Assembly (NCBI GenBank): GCA_039588275.1
Contig: JBDHAC010000005.1
Coordinates: forward strand, 34,309-98,308
DNA: 64,000 nucleotides
Reading direction: 5' to 3'
Source of the DNA: Gemmatimonadota bacterium
GTDB taxonomy: Bacteria; Gemmatimonadota; Gemmatimonadetes; Palauibacterales; Palauibacteraceae
Notes under the pieces: model-generated
What the model was told of the DNA's origin: nothing
The model's database searches: none
Seen by the model: only the letters and a program-made list of their open reading frames with translations
Translations under genes and position numbers: made by a program
Part shown: piece after piece, positions 1 through 10,056 of the stretch
How positions within the stretch are numbered: position 1 is the stretch's first letter
Layout of the letters: each line of letters begins with the position of its first letter

Positions 1-41
1 AGGACTCCGTGTTCGTGCGGCTGACAGAGACCTCGGACTAG
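1..41 (+). CDS. 3' end of an upstream CDS (partial)
   Basis: Frame 3 reads DSVFVRLTETSD-TAG with GC-rich third positions; too short to identify. Confidence 0.35.
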   Translation, partial: DSVFVRLTETSD

Positions 42-121
42 GTGAGCGTAAAGGTGCGCCGGGCGCGCGAGTGGGTGCGCCCGGCGCGGGAATCGTTACC
101 GAGAGTGCATCCGAGAGGCGA

Positions 122-538
122 TCAACCGGGTCCGACCTCGATCTCTGGATCGAGCACTCTCATACCGTCGTCGGTGATCACGATGATGTCGTACTGGTAG
201 CGGCCCTGGGGAGCACCTGGCCGGACCTCGCCTCCGCGTCGCTCTCCCCTGCGTCCCCGAATGCCTTGCTGACCCGCGAACCCGAGCGGTCGCCTGGCAT
301 CCGGGATCCTGATCTCCCATTCGAAGTCGCCTTGCCACAGAATCACGTCGCGGGGTCTAACGGGGACGGGATCGGGGTCCGCGACCGGATTGCCCTCAGA
401 ATCCAGGCTGAGGGTCACCGGCACCTCACGGGGAGCCTGCTGTTGCGCGTCCGGCGGTTCCTCGGGTCCGGTTCCCGAAGCGATGATCAGGGGGATTACG
501 ATCGGGGCCGTGATGGTGAGGGCTCGGGCTCGCATCAT
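122..538 (-). CDS. Small exported hypothetical protein (possible beta-sandwich)
   Basis: GGGAGG RBS before ATG 538; basic/hydrophobic signal-like N-terminus; beta-rich body ending YQYDIIV...LDPEIEV. Confidence 0.7.
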   Translation of the reverse strand: MMRARALTITAPIVIPLIIASGTGPEEPPDAQQQAPREVPVTLSLDSEGNPVADPDPVPVRPRDVILWQGDFEWEIRIPDARRPLGFAGQQGIRGRRGERRGGEVRPGAPQGRYQYDIIVITDDGMRVLDPEIEVGPG

Positions 539-776
539 ACTACCTCCCACGCGAGTGGTTCCTCCGATTGGACCGGACAGGGTCAAGTAGGCGAGAACCT
601 AGGCCGACAGTCCTCGGTCGGCTAGAGGTGTGTTCCCCCAGACACAACGACATCCACAGATTTGGCCCGGCCTCACGACCATGGCGCTTGGGAGGTGCTC
701 TTTCGCGGGGTGTTGTTGTTCGGCTCGAAGGACCGGCTGGGGCGAGGGGTTCGCGAACGTCCTTACGGGTACCTGA

Positions 777-1598
777 TCACGGTGTCGAAGCGTCGGCTAC
801 CGCCTCGGTCCCCTCGGTGTACTCTCGAAGGTGCAGCGCCATCGTCCCGAACTTCGTGGAGGTCGTCAGCTTCACGATGATCCGCCGCGCATCGTCGCTC
901 AGGTATACTTTCGCCTGAGCGTCCCTGCGGAAGATCCCCATCGCCGGCAGGACCGGATCCACCACGACGGTGTTGAACCGTCCCGCGGGCACGCGGACCT
1001 TCTCCTTGCCGAGTACTCGGAAGACGACAGGGTTGCCGCCCGGCTCGAAATGCGAGCCGAACTCGTACCGGGCCCCCGGCTCGAGCGCCAGGAGCCGCAT
1101 CAAGTAGAGGAAGGCGACCTCGTCGAGCGCCGGATCCGGAATCGGCGCGGACCCCACCGAGCCGCGCATGGGAACGTAGGAGGCCAGCCGGTCATCCCAC
1201 TCTTCGGCGCGATACGTACCTCGCTCGTAATCGAGCTCGTAACGCCGCCGGTATCGCGTGTCGCCTTCGTGAATCGCCTTCTCGATGCCCAGCGATCGAA
1301 CCGGATCGGTGGCGATCCAGCTCGTCCATCGATCCTCGAAGGCCACGAAAGGCACGCTGGCCTCGATGCTGAGTGAGACCCGGTAGGCCCGCATCCCCCG
1401 ATAGACCTCGTACGCCTCCACGGTGAGGCGCCCCCGACCCGCGTTGATCGGCCCGAGTCCGACCACGTACTCGAGCGACTCTCCGACCGCGAACCGCCAT
1501 GGGGCCACGTCGTTGTCCTGGGAGGTCGCACGGGATGCGCCACCCGCCAGGAGAAGAGCCGGGAGCAGTGGGAGGACGCACCGTCGAGTGCTGGACAT
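777..1598 (-). CDS. DUF3108 domain-containing exported protein
   Basis: Signal peptide; F.VGE.LEY, G.EKVRVPAGRFNT and VYLSDD.RRI.VK motifs; GGAG RBS before ATG 1598. Confidence 0.85.
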   Translation of the reverse strand: MSSTRRCVLPLLPALLLAGGASRATSQDNDVAPWRFAVGESLEYVVGLGPINAGRGRLTVEAYEVYRGMRAYRVSLSIEASVPFVAFEDRWTSWIATDPVRSLGIEKAIHEGDTRYRRRYELDYERGTYRAEEWDDRLASYVPMRGSVGSAPIPDPALDEVAFLYLMRLLALEPGARYEFGSHFEPGGNPVVFRVLGKEKVRVPAGRFNTVVVDPVLPAMGIFRRDAQAKVYLSDDARRIIVKLTTSTKFGTMALHLREYTEGTEAVADASTP

Positions 1599-1842
1599 TT
1601 GAGGCTCCAATGGTCGGCCAGCCGCATCTAGGGGGCGTCAAGTGGGCAAGACGCGGGCCCTCCCGGTCCAGATACGCTGTAAGCTGCTGTTAGTGTAGGG
1701 CGTTACGCGGTTCCACGAGATCCACGATCTGGTTGATCGTGCGACAGGGCGGGGACAAAAAAGTGCCCAGATTACACCTGCGGCGAGTTCCTCGCCGCTG
1801 GGAGAGTGCCGCCTGAAGCGACCGTGGGAATCTGCCGCGAGC

Positions 1843-2508
1843 CTATCGCAGCACGCTCTTCCCTCGAGCCCAGATCTCGGTCGCGTCCAGGTAGCTGAGG
1901 GGCCGCAGAGACTCGTTCTCCAATCCGAGCTCCAGCCGCGCGGCCAGCAACGCGGCCTGTCCTCCACTCGCCTCCTCGGGCTCCTTCTCGTCGCCCCAAT
2001 TCTCGAGGCCGACGGACAAGACATCCTCGGGCGAGGTGATCGTCGCCAGCTCGACTTTCACGGCCCCCGGCGGACCCGGCCACAGCCACGCCTGCCGGTT
2101 CTTGCGCACCTCGACGACCGTGATTCGCTCGTCCACGGCCCTGAGGTGATCCAGCGTCGCGGGCAGGTCGGTGGGCTCCTCGGGACTCACCTCGAGAGTC
2201 AGGCCGACCTTCCGTAACTCGGAAGCTAGCCGCTCCCAGGCCGCGTGATCGAGCGGGAAGTCGTACAACTCTTCGGGGTCCTCGTGCCACAGCTCCAGCT
2301 CATTGGCTCTTGCCAGGAGACGCTTGAACTTGAGCCCGTCCTGGACACCGGACCGAAGCTTCACGTTCACGGTGAGCCGCGGGATCCACAGGTACCGGTC
2401 GACGACCTCCTGGGGCGGGAAGAGGTCCTCGAGGCCGCCGATGGTGTCCGCCAGGCGCTCCGACCCCTCACCGAAGCCTCTCCACTCCCAGTGAACTCCG
2501 AGTGCCAT
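1843..2508 (-). CDS. Hypothetical protein, CYTH-like fold suspected
   Basis: N-terminal WEWRGF, DRYL, NVKLR, LKFK, V.K.R and VEL pattern resembles CYTH tunnel strands. Confidence 0.6.
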   Translation of the reverse strand: MALGVHWEWRGFGEGSERLADTIGGLEDLFPPQEVVDRYLWIPRLTVNVKLRSGVQDGLKFKRLLARANELELWHEDPEELYDFPLDHAAWERLASELRKVGLTLEVSPEEPTDLPATLDHLRAVDERITVVEVRKNRQAWLWPGPPGAVKVELATITSPEDVLSVGLENWGDEKEPEEASGGQAALLAARLELGLENESLRPLSYLDATEIWARGKSVLR

Positions 2509-2581
2509 GCCTACACGCCTCGCATTCCTGGCCGCTGTCGACGAACGCGAGAGAATACGAATGACATCGCCAACGGTGGAT

Positions 2582-5500
2582 TCAGTCGCGCCACAGCCAA
2601 TCGTCCCTCAGCTCCTCGCGCTCCCACCAGAAGGGTTCCCGCGCCTGCGGGTGGTTTCCGATCTGGTCCATGGTCTCCGCATCGTAGATGCGCCCGTTCA
2701 CCATCACGTAACCGACATTCTCGGTCTCGTAGATGTCTTCCAGCGGGTTGCCGTCGAGCACCACGAGATCGGCCAGCTTGCCCACTTCGAGCGAACCGAT
2801 GTCGCCGTCCAGACCCAGGTACTGCGCGCCGTGAAGCGTCGCGGATCGGAGCGCCTCGTGCGGCGTCATCCCACCCTGTACGAAAGACCACAGCTCCCAG
2901 TGGGCCCCGAGGCCCTGGAGCTGCCCGTGCGCACCCAGCTGCACGATGTTCCCCTGGTCGACGAGCTTCTTGGCCTGCGCCGCCACCGTGATGTAATGAT
3001 AGTCATCGTCCGGCGTCATCTGCCGGCGACGCGATCTGGGGTCGATGACCCTGCGCGGGACGAAGTTGAGCAGTCTGTTCTTCGTCCAAACGTCGCTGTG
3101 CTCGTACCACCAGTACTCGCCCGACAGTCCGCCGTAGCTTACGACCAGCGTCGGCGTGTATCCCACATCCGTCTCGGCCCACAGCCGCGTCACGTCCTCG
3201 TACAGCGGTGCGATCGGGATGTTGTGCTCGATCCCGGTGTGACCGTCCAGGATCATGGTGAGATTGTGGAAGAAGGTAGAACCTCCCTCGGGAACCACCA
3301 ACATCTCGAGCTCTCGGGCGGCCGTCAGGACCTGCTGCCGCTGCTCGCGGCGTGGCTGATTGTAGCTCTTCACCGAGAGAGCGCCGACCGCCTTCATGCG
3401 CCGCAGGTGTGAACGGGCGTCGTCCAGGCTGTTGATGACGGCCTTGAAGTCACCGTCGGCTCCGTACAGGATCGTCCCCGTCGAGTAGATCCTCGGTCCC
3501 GCGATTAACCCGGCCTTCACCATCTCGGACAGAGTGAATACGGTCCCGGTCGTTGCTGAAGGGTCGTGTGCCGTGGTGACGCCGTACGCCAGGTTGGCGT
3601 AGTACGGCCAGAACTGCTGAGGGATCGGCCCGGTGAAGAAGTGACTCGCATGCGCGTGCGCATCGATGATGCCGGGGATGATCGTCTTGCCCGCGACGTC
3701 GATCACCGCGGCGTCCGAAGGCACGGAGACGGCGTCGGCCGGCCCCAGATCGACGATGCGATTCTCATCCACCACGATCGTCCCGTCCTCCACCACCTCG
3801 TCCCCGTTCATCGTGATGAGGCGCGCGCCCACGAGCGCCACCGTCCCGGCGGGCACATCGGTCTGGACGGTGAGGCCGATCGCGAGCCCGGCGGTGTCGG
3901 GCTCGGGGAGCTCGTCCGGGGCGCCCGCCATGAACGAGAAGGCGTCCTGCAGGTCACGCGTGTAGTACTCGGGGCCGATCACCCAGTGCAGGCTCTGGCT
4001 ATCCCCCGACCAGTGCAGGGACGTTCCCGCGTCGCGTGTCACCTGTCGGACGGGGATGGCCTTGGTGTCCTTGTTGAGGTCCACGGCGCCGCCCGTCCGA
4101 GGGAAGGGCGCCACGTACGCGTTGAACAGCTCGTTGAACGCCACCCACCTGCCATCGGGGCTCGGCACGACCGTGTTCGCGTACTTGAGCGTGAAATGAG
4201 TGCGCTCGTCACCCCCGTCGAGTCGGACGCTCCGGTACTGCTTCTCGAGCCCTCCCCCGGTCAGGAACTCGATGCGCTCGCCGTCCGGGCTGAAGCGCGG
4301 CTCACGGCCGCTCTCGCGAATCAGGTGCGCTTCGCCGCCGTCGGTCCCCATCCAGTACAACCCGGTGTCGACGCCGTGGAGTGTGCCGAGAGTCCCGTTC
4401 CCCGTCCCGCGGCGATACACGATGCTGCTACCATCGGGCGAGAAGCGGGGCGTGAAGTAGTACCCGGGTCGCGTCGTGAGCCTGACGGGGGTGCCCCCGG
4501 AGAGCGGGACCTTGTAGATGGCGCCGAAATCGGCATCACTCCACGTGGTATACACGACCCAACTGCCATCGGGGCTGAGCGCGGGCTCGTGCTCCCAGTG
4601 CGCGTCCCCGGTCAGCCGCACCGGCGTGCCGTCCGGGAGCCGCTTCTTCCACAGGTGACCCAGCGCCCCGAACAACAACCACTCGCCGTCCGGCGAGGTG
4701 AGAACCTGCCGGATCATCTTCGCCTCGAAGCGCTCGGGGCTGACCTCGGTGGCATACCGGACGGCCTCGGTGACGGTCTGCTCGACCTCGGCTTCGAACG
4801 GGATGCGGGTCGCGGCGCGTGCCCCGACGTCCAGCCGCCACAGCCCACCCTGCGCCCAAAGCACGAGGCTCTCCCCGTCGGGTGTCCAGGCGTAGTTGGG
4901 ATACACGCCGAAGATCGCCCACGCCTCCTGTTGGTCGTGATCGAGGCCGTCCCACAGGGGCGTTTGGGCTCCGGTCTCGCGATCGTACACGTAGAGCACG
5001 CTCTTCGTCCGCACCCGCCGGACGAAGGCGATATGACGGCCGTCAGGCGATACTTCGGGACGCGCGGACCCGCCGGGCCCGGTGATCAGGTTCCGCAGGT
5101 CACCGGTCTCCCTGTCCAACCGGCGGATCACGTAGATCTGCCGGTTCGGGTCCTTGTTGTACTGGAAGGTCGAGCCACCGCTCATGTCCTCGCTGAAGTA
5201 CACGTAGCGGCCGTCAGGGGAGACCTCGGGCTCACCGGCATCCTGCTGGTCGTTCTTTCGTTTCGTGAGCTGCAGTCCGCTCCCGCCGCTGAGGTGGTAC
5301 ATCCACATTTCGCCGGCGCCCAGCGACCGCGTGCTGGTGAAGTGCTTGCGGGCTACGAGGAACTGCCCGTCGGGCGTCCATGCGGCGTTGTTCAGGAGGC
5401 GGAAGCTCTCCTCCGTCACCTGGCTGGGTTCCGAGCCGTCGAGGTTCATGACCCAGATGTTGTCGCCCCCCGCTCGGTCGCTGGTGAAGCTGATCTTCGT

Positions 5501-5881
5501 GCCGTCGGGGCTGAACCGCGGCTGAACGTCGAACGCCGGACCGCTCGTGAGTCGCGTCGCGGTGCCGCCCTCGATGGGCAGCGCGTAGATGTCACCGAGC
5601 AGGTCGAAGGCGATCGTGTTTCCGTCGGGGCTCACATCCAGGTTCATCCACGTCCCCTCCGACGTCGTGAAGCGCACGCTCTTCGTGGGTCCGCGCGCGG
5701 CCGTCACATCCCAATCCTTCGGCCCCTCCTGCGGGGATTCCTGCGCGGAGTCCGCGGCGGCCGGTTCCTGCGCGCTCAACGCGAACGCGCCGGGTTCGAC
5801 GAGCGCGAGCGCGATGACCGCGGCGAGCGCCGGTAGAATGGATCTCGGACCGTATGTTCGGGCGTGCGGCCGTACTGACAT
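2582..5881 (-). CDS. Exported amidohydrolase with N-terminal TolB-like (PD40) beta-propeller repeats
   Basis: Signal peptide; many SPDG/TPDG repeats; C-terminal IIDAHAH, GIEH and GSLEVGKLADLVVL; GGGAG RBS before ATG 5881. Confidence 0.92.
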   Translation of the reverse strand: MSVRPHARTYGPRSILPALAAVIALALVEPGAFALSAQEPAAADSAQESPQEGPKDWDVTAARGPTKSVRFTTSEGTWMNLDVSPDGNTIAFDLLGDIYALPIEGGTATRLTSGPAFDVQPRFSPDGTKISFTSDRAGGDNIWVMNLDGSEPSQVTEESFRLLNNAAWTPDGQFLVARKHFTSTRSLGAGEMWMYHLSGGSGLQLTKRKNDQQDAGEPEVSPDGRYVYFSEDMSGGSTFQYNKDPNRQIYVIRRLDRETGDLRNLITGPGGSARPEVSPDGRHIAFVRRVRTKSVLYVYDRETGAQTPLWDGLDHDQQEAWAIFGVYPNYAWTPDGESLVLWAQGGLWRLDVGARAATRIPFEAEVEQTVTEAVRYATEVSPERFEAKMIRQVLTSPDGEWLLFGALGHLWKKRLPDGTPVRLTGDAHWEHEPALSPDGSWVVYTTWSDADFGAIYKVPLSGGTPVRLTTRPGYYFTPRFSPDGSSIVYRRGTGNGTLGTLHGVDTGLYWMGTDGGEAHLIRESGREPRFSPDGERIEFLTGGGLEKQYRSVRLDGGDERTHFTLKYANTVVPSPDGRWVAFNELFNAYVAPFPRTGGAVDLNKDTKAIPVRQVTRDAGTSLHWSGDSQSLHWVIGPEYYTRDLQDAFSFMAGAPDELPEPDTAGLAIGLTVQTDVPAGTVALVGARLITMNGDEVVEDGTIVVDENRIVDLGPADAVSVPSDAAVIDVAGKTIIPGIIDAHAHASHFFTGPIPQQFWPYYANLAYGVTTAHDPSATTGTVFTLSEMVKAGLIAGPRIYSTGTILYGADGDFKAVINSLDDARSHLRRMKAVGALSVKSYNQPRREQRQQVLTAARELEMLVVPEGGSTFFHNLTMILDGHTGIEHNIPIAPLYEDVTRLWAETDVGYTPTLVVSYGGLSGEYWWYEHSDVWTKNRLLNFVPRRVIDPRSRRRQMTPDDDYHYITVAAQAKKLVDQGNIVQLGAHGQLQGLGAHWELWSFVQGGMTPHEALRSATLHGAQYLGLDGDIGSLEVGKLADLVVLDGNPLEDIYETENVGYVMVNGRIYDAETMDQIGNHPQAREPFWWEREELRDDWLWRD

Positions 5882-6088
5882 CGAAAACTCCCGCGTTGAC
5901 GCATGACAGCTATCTGGCCGGTCGCTCTCCGGAGTGCACGAGCGACCCGCTCCGGCACCGTAAGTTTCAACCCGTCGCTTCGCTGGGCGAGGGGTGACCC
6001 CGAGCGGTGGCGGAGACAACGGCTCGGGCCGAAGTTGCTCGCGTTCCGACCAAGAATTGAACCCACATCCTGTTCCCGGAGGGCCGAG

Positions 6089-6688
6089 ATGAGTGACACG
6101 GGGCGCCGCGCGTTCCTCAAGCAGTCCACGATCGCGCTTTCCGGCCTGGCGGTGAGCGGGTGCTCGCCGCGAGAGAGCGAGCACGAGGGCTCCGGACTGG
6201 ACCCGCGGCTCCTGCGGGCAATTGGCCGTCTCGCCCTCCCGGGGGAGCTGAAGGAGGACGGCGTAGAGCGGGCCGTAGCGGGCTTCGAGTCGTGGCTCCT
6301 CGAGTTCGAGCCGGTGGCCGAGCTTCCGCACGGGTATGGGTCGCAAGAGATCCGCTATGGACCTCCGAACCCCGTACCCCGCTGGGGTGCGCAGCTCGAG
6401 GCCCTCGAGATCGAGGCGGGGAAGCGCTTCGGGGCCGGGTACGCCGAACTCGACCAGCCCAGGCAAGAGCGCTTGCTCGAGCGCCAGTTGGTGGCGGTCA
6501 CCGAGGAAACCGAGGGGCTCCCTGGCCAACCGGCCCGGGCCGACCATGTCGCGGTGGGTCTACTGGCGTGGTTCTACGGCACATCCGAGGCCACGGATCT
6601 GTGCTACGGGCGTCAAATCGGCGCTTTCACTTGTAGACCCCTGGCTGCGGCACCCGATGAGCCCGCCGCCCTCGGGGACGGGACGTAG
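6089..6688 (+). CDS. Tat-exported small subunit, gluconate 2-dehydrogenase subunit 3-like
   Basis: GRRAFLK twin-arginine signal with lipobox-like VSGC; directly upstream of a GMC flavoprotein; GGAGG RBS. Confidence 0.75.
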   Translation: MSDTGRRAFLKQSTIALSGLAVSGCSPRESEHEGSGLDPRLLRAIGRLALPGELKEDGVERAVAGFESWLLEFEPVAELPHGYGSQEIRYGPPNPVPRWGAQLEALEIEAGKRFGAGYAELDQPRQERLLERQLVAVTEETEGLPGQPARADHVAVGLLAWFYGTSEATDLCYGRQIGAFTCRPLAAAPDEPAALGDGT

Positions 6689-6724
6689 CAGGGGAGTGTT
6701 TCAGCACCCTGCTGGAGCGATCCA

Positions 6725-8335
6725 ATGACTCGGGTGATCGAGACCGACATCTGCATCATCGGCGCGGGCATCACCGCCGCCATGGTGGCGGAGAAACTCG
6801 GCGACGAGCGCGACGCGACGATCACGGTCCTTGAGGCGGGTGATCGCCCCATCCCTTTGCGGGAGCGCGCGCGCTGGTGGCGGCGCTACGTGGACTACGG
6901 CGACAGCCCCTGGCCGGACGACCACATCGATGGTCAGGACGTGATTGGCCGGCCGCACGGTTACTCGCCGTCTTTCCTGGTAGGGGGACTGGCCATGCAT
7001 TGGGGCGCCGTCACGCCGCGCTTCTCCCCCGAAGACTTCCGCGTGCGCTCTCTGTACGGGGTCGGCGACGACTGGCCCCTTACGTACGAGGAGCTGGACC
7101 CCGCGTATCAGGAGGCCGAGGAGCGCATGGGAGTGGCGGGGGAGCCGGGGCCCACCGAGCTGGACCCGCGCGGCGCTCCCTACCCGATGCCTGCCCTCCC
7201 TCTCACGTACAACCTCGCTCGGCTGAAGGAGTGGGGAGAATCCGACGGCATCCCGTTTTGGGCGATGCCCTCGGCAAAGAACTCGATCGCGTACCGCGGA
7301 CGCGCCGCCTGCTGCCGCAACGACACCTGCTGGCCGATCTGTCCGGTGGGTGCGAAGTACTCTCCGGACTTCACGTTCGACGCGCTCGAGGAAGCGGGCC
7401 GGGCCCGGCTCCTCACCCGCACACTCGTCCGGCGTCTGGTTCTCGCGAATGGCTCCGACAGGGTGGAGCGCGCCGAGGCCGTGGATCGCGACGATCCCGA
7501 CCAGCCGCTTCACATCCACGCGCGGGTCTTCGTCGTTGTGGCCGGATTCGTGTGGAGCCCCCACCTGTTGCTGCTTTCGGCCGACTCCCGCCATCCCGAC
7601 GGCTTGGCCAACAGCTCGGGCCTGGTCGGAAGGTACCTGGCGGGCCACCGTGCCGTGCACGGGTTTGCCCGAGTGCCCTTTCAGCTCTACGCCGGGATGG
7701 CCAACCAGCACAGCCTCGTCTCCCAGCACTTCATGCGTCCGCGCGGGATGCGCCGCTATCTGCGGCACGACTTCCGGATCTGGGAGTCGGCCGTGGGACG
7801 GGAGCCGAGGCTCCGGGACGAGGATGGCCGGCTGCTGCTGGGGGATGAGCTGCTCGCGGACTGGCGGGGCCGTGCGCTGGGTGGTGGGACCGCCAGGCTC
7901 CGCGCGTACTACGATGTTCTGCCCGCCCGTGAGAGCGAGCTGACTCTGGATGCGGACGCCCGCAACCCGTGGGGAGATCCACTCCCCCGAGTGAGCTTTC
8001 AAGATGAAGCCGATTCGGTGGCGCTACGCCCGTACAGCGAAGAGACGATCGAAGCGCTGTTCCACTCGGTGGCCCGCGCGGGTGGTGGAGAGGTGGTGTC
8101 AGTCCGGCCGGGCAGTGCTCAGGAGCACCCGGGGGGCGGATGCCGGATGGGCGACGACCCCTCACGCAGCGTCGTGGACGGCTTCGGCCGCAGCCACGAT
8201 CACGACAACCTGTTTATCGTCGGGGCTCCGACCTTCGTCACCGCCGGGTGCACGAACGGCACGCTCACGATGGCAGCGCTGGGCATCCGCGCAGCCGCGG
8301 AGATCGGGAACGAGTATCCTGCCCGCTCGCCCTGA
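6725..8335 (+). CDS. GMC family oxidoreductase (FAD)
   Basis: IIGAGITA Rossmann motif, VGGLAMHW, DWPLTYEEL, CPVGAKY, EHPGGGCRMG, NGTLTMAAL. Confidence 0.93.
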   Translation: MTRVIETDICIIGAGITAAMVAEKLGDERDATITVLEAGDRPIPLRERARWWRRYVDYGDSPWPDDHIDGQDVIGRPHGYSPSFLVGGLAMHWGAVTPRFSPEDFRVRSLYGVGDDWPLTYEELDPAYQEAEERMGVAGEPGPTELDPRGAPYPMPALPLTYNLARLKEWGESDGIPFWAMPSAKNSIAYRGRAACCRNDTCWPICPVGAKYSPDFTFDALEEAGRARLLTRTLVRRLVLANGSDRVERAEAVDRDDPDQPLHIHARVFVVVAGFVWSPHLLLLSADSRHPDGLANSSGLVGRYLAGHRAVHGFARVPFQLYAGMANQHSLVSQHFMRPRGMRRYLRHDFRIWESAVGREPRLRDEDGRLLLGDELLADWRGRALGGGTARLRAYYDVLPARESELTLDADARNPWGDPLPRVSFQDEADSVALRPYSEETIEALFHSVARAGGGEVVSVRPGSAQEHPGGGCRMGDDPSRSVVDGFGRSHDHDNLFIVGAPTFVTAGCTNGTLTMAALGIRAAAEIGNEYPARSP

Positions 8336-8406
8336 GCCGCGTGGGGCCCCATCATTGGCGCCGGCCAGGAAGCATTCGCGGTCCGGGCGCCCCGCTTCGG
8401 AAACAA

Positions 8407-8453
8407 TGGCGCCATAACGGAACGGTGGCGCCATAACGGAACGGTGGCGCCAT
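8407..8453. repeat. 19-bp tandem repeat (TGGCGCCATAACGGAACGG, about 2.5 copies)
   Basis: Two exact copies at 8407-8425 and 8426-8444 plus partial TGGCGCCAT. Confidence 0.9.
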
Positions 8454-8492
8454 CGCGGCGACGCACGCCGGTTCAAGGAGAGGACAACGAGC

Positions 8493-9833
8493 ATGATCGA
8501 GCCACGTTCATCAATGCTTTTCCCAATGCGTTCGCCTAGAACCGGGGCCCTCCTCGCGGGAGCGTGTCTCGCTCTCGGGACCATGGTCGCGTGCGCCCCT
8601 TCCGCCGATCAGGGCGAACAGGGCGAGGGTCCGCGGACGGCGCTCACCGAGGAGACCGTCCTCCGCCCCCGCACCATCATCCTGCGTCCCGACCGGATCC
8701 TGGACGGGCTGGGCAACATGGTGACTGACCAGGAGGTCATCGTTCAGGACGGCTTGATTCTGGGGCTCGCGGAGACAGGTGAAGGCGGACGTGGGGCGGT
8801 GTACAATCTCTCCGGCACCACGCTCATGCCGGGACTGGTCGACACGCACGTGCATCTCGGGTGGCACTTCGACCGGGAAACGGGCCGCATTCACGGGGAG
8901 GACCCGGACGAGACCCCACAGGAGGAGGTCCTGTACGGGGTCGAGAACGCGTACGCGACGCTCATGAGCGGGGTGACGACGGCGCAGAGCGTCGGGGCGC
9001 CCGGGGATGCCTTCCTGCGTGATTTTCTCGCCGCGGGCGGTGTCCCCGGTCCTCGCGTGCTCACCTCGTTGCGAGCCGTGACGGCGCGCGCCGGCGAGCC
9101 CGAGGCGATTCGCGCCTTCGTGGACAGTCTCGCCGAGGCGGATGCCGATGTCGTGAAGATCTTCGCGTCCGAAAGCATCCGGGACGGAGGCGGCCCCACG
9201 CTCTCCGAGGAGCAGCTGGTGGCGGCGTGCGGCCAGGCGAGCTCGCACGGCCTCCGCAGCCTGGTGCACGCGCATGGACCGGAGAGCGCCCGCCGGGCCG
9301 TCATGGCCGGGTGCACGCAGATCGAGCACGGCGCCCTCCTCGACCGGCCGACGCTCGAGCTGATGGCCGAGCACGGCGTGTACTTCGACCCGCACATTCA
9401 CCTCGTCTTTCAGAACTACTTCGACAACGAGGATCGCTTCCTCGGTGTGGGCAACTACACCGCTGAAGGGTTCCAACAAATGCGCGACGCCGTCCCCACG
9501 GCGCTGGCCGCGTTCCGGGAGGCGCTCACCGTGCCGGACCTGAACGTGGTGTTCGGTACCGACGCGGTGGCGGGCGCGCACGGGCGCAACTGGGAGGAGC
9601 TGGCGTATCGGGTGCGGGAAGGCGGTCAGGATCCGATGGAGGCCATCGTGTCAGCTACAAGTCTCGCGGCCCGCTCCATGGGCCTCGAGGACCAGGTGGG
9701 CACCGTGTCGCACGGCATGCGGGCGGATCTGATCGCCGTGGAGGGAGATCCGCTGGGGGATATCGACATGCTGGGCCGGGTGGTGTTCGTGATGCAGGGC
9801 GGGAAGATCATCCGCTACTTCTCGAGCCCCTGA
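8493..9833 (+). CDS. Amidohydrolase family lipoprotein (Xaa-Pro dipeptidase-like)
   Basis: Lipobox MVAC; PGLVDTHVH, ADVVKI, HAHG, IEHG, FGTDA. Confidence 0.9.
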   Translation: MIEPRSSMLFPMRSPRTGALLAGACLALGTMVACAPSADQGEQGEGPRTALTEETVLRPRTIILRPDRILDGLGNMVTDQEVIVQDGLILGLAETGEGGRGAVYNLSGTTLMPGLVDTHVHLGWHFDRETGRIHGEDPDETPQEEVLYGVENAYATLMSGVTTAQSVGAPGDAFLRDFLAAGGVPGPRVLTSLRAVTARAGEPEAIRAFVDSLAEADADVVKIFASESIRDGGGPTLSEEQLVAACGQASSHGLRSLVHAHGPESARRAVMAGCTQIEHGALLDRPTLELMAEHGVYFDPHIHLVFQNYFDNEDRFLGVGNYTAEGFQQMRDAVPTALAAFREALTVPDLNVVFGTDAVAGAHGRNWEELAYRVREGGQDPMEAIVSATSLAARSMGLEDQVGTVSHGMRADLIAVEGDPLGDIDMLGRVVFVMQGGKIIRYFSSP

Positions 9834-10056
9834 GTCGCCTTTCGGAGAACGGGCCTGTAGGGTTCAGAGCCTGTTGATATCGGCCCGTATCTTGGTTCCA
9901 TGTCGAATGGAAGCGCTGGCAAGGGAAGAGTGACCGGGGCCGTTTCGGAGGTCGAAAGCTCGCACGCGCGTTTCAGCTGAAACGTCTCGCAGGCTTTCGT
10001 TGGCCTGGCCGCGCCTGCGCGGCACGACCGCCTCCGCGCGCGCGGGGACGTTGGAG

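Noticed and set aside
3566..5836. 756-aa + strand ORF and similar long antisense ORFs (6701-8002, 29177-30472, 36554-38017, 45180-46607)
   Set aside because: Shadow frames of well-supported genes in GC-rich DNA with no recognisable motifs
5882..6547. N-terminal extension of the 1321-aa ORF (likewise 48017-48889, 38026-38886, 35016-35474)
   Set aside because: Overlaps genuine genes; downstream starts have an RBS, a coupled start or a signal peptide
9866..9997. MITE or IS remnant with AGCCTG/CAGGCT ends (also CAGGCTGTTGAA at about 42516)
   Set aside because: Inverted match is only about 7 bp, with no target duplication or transposase
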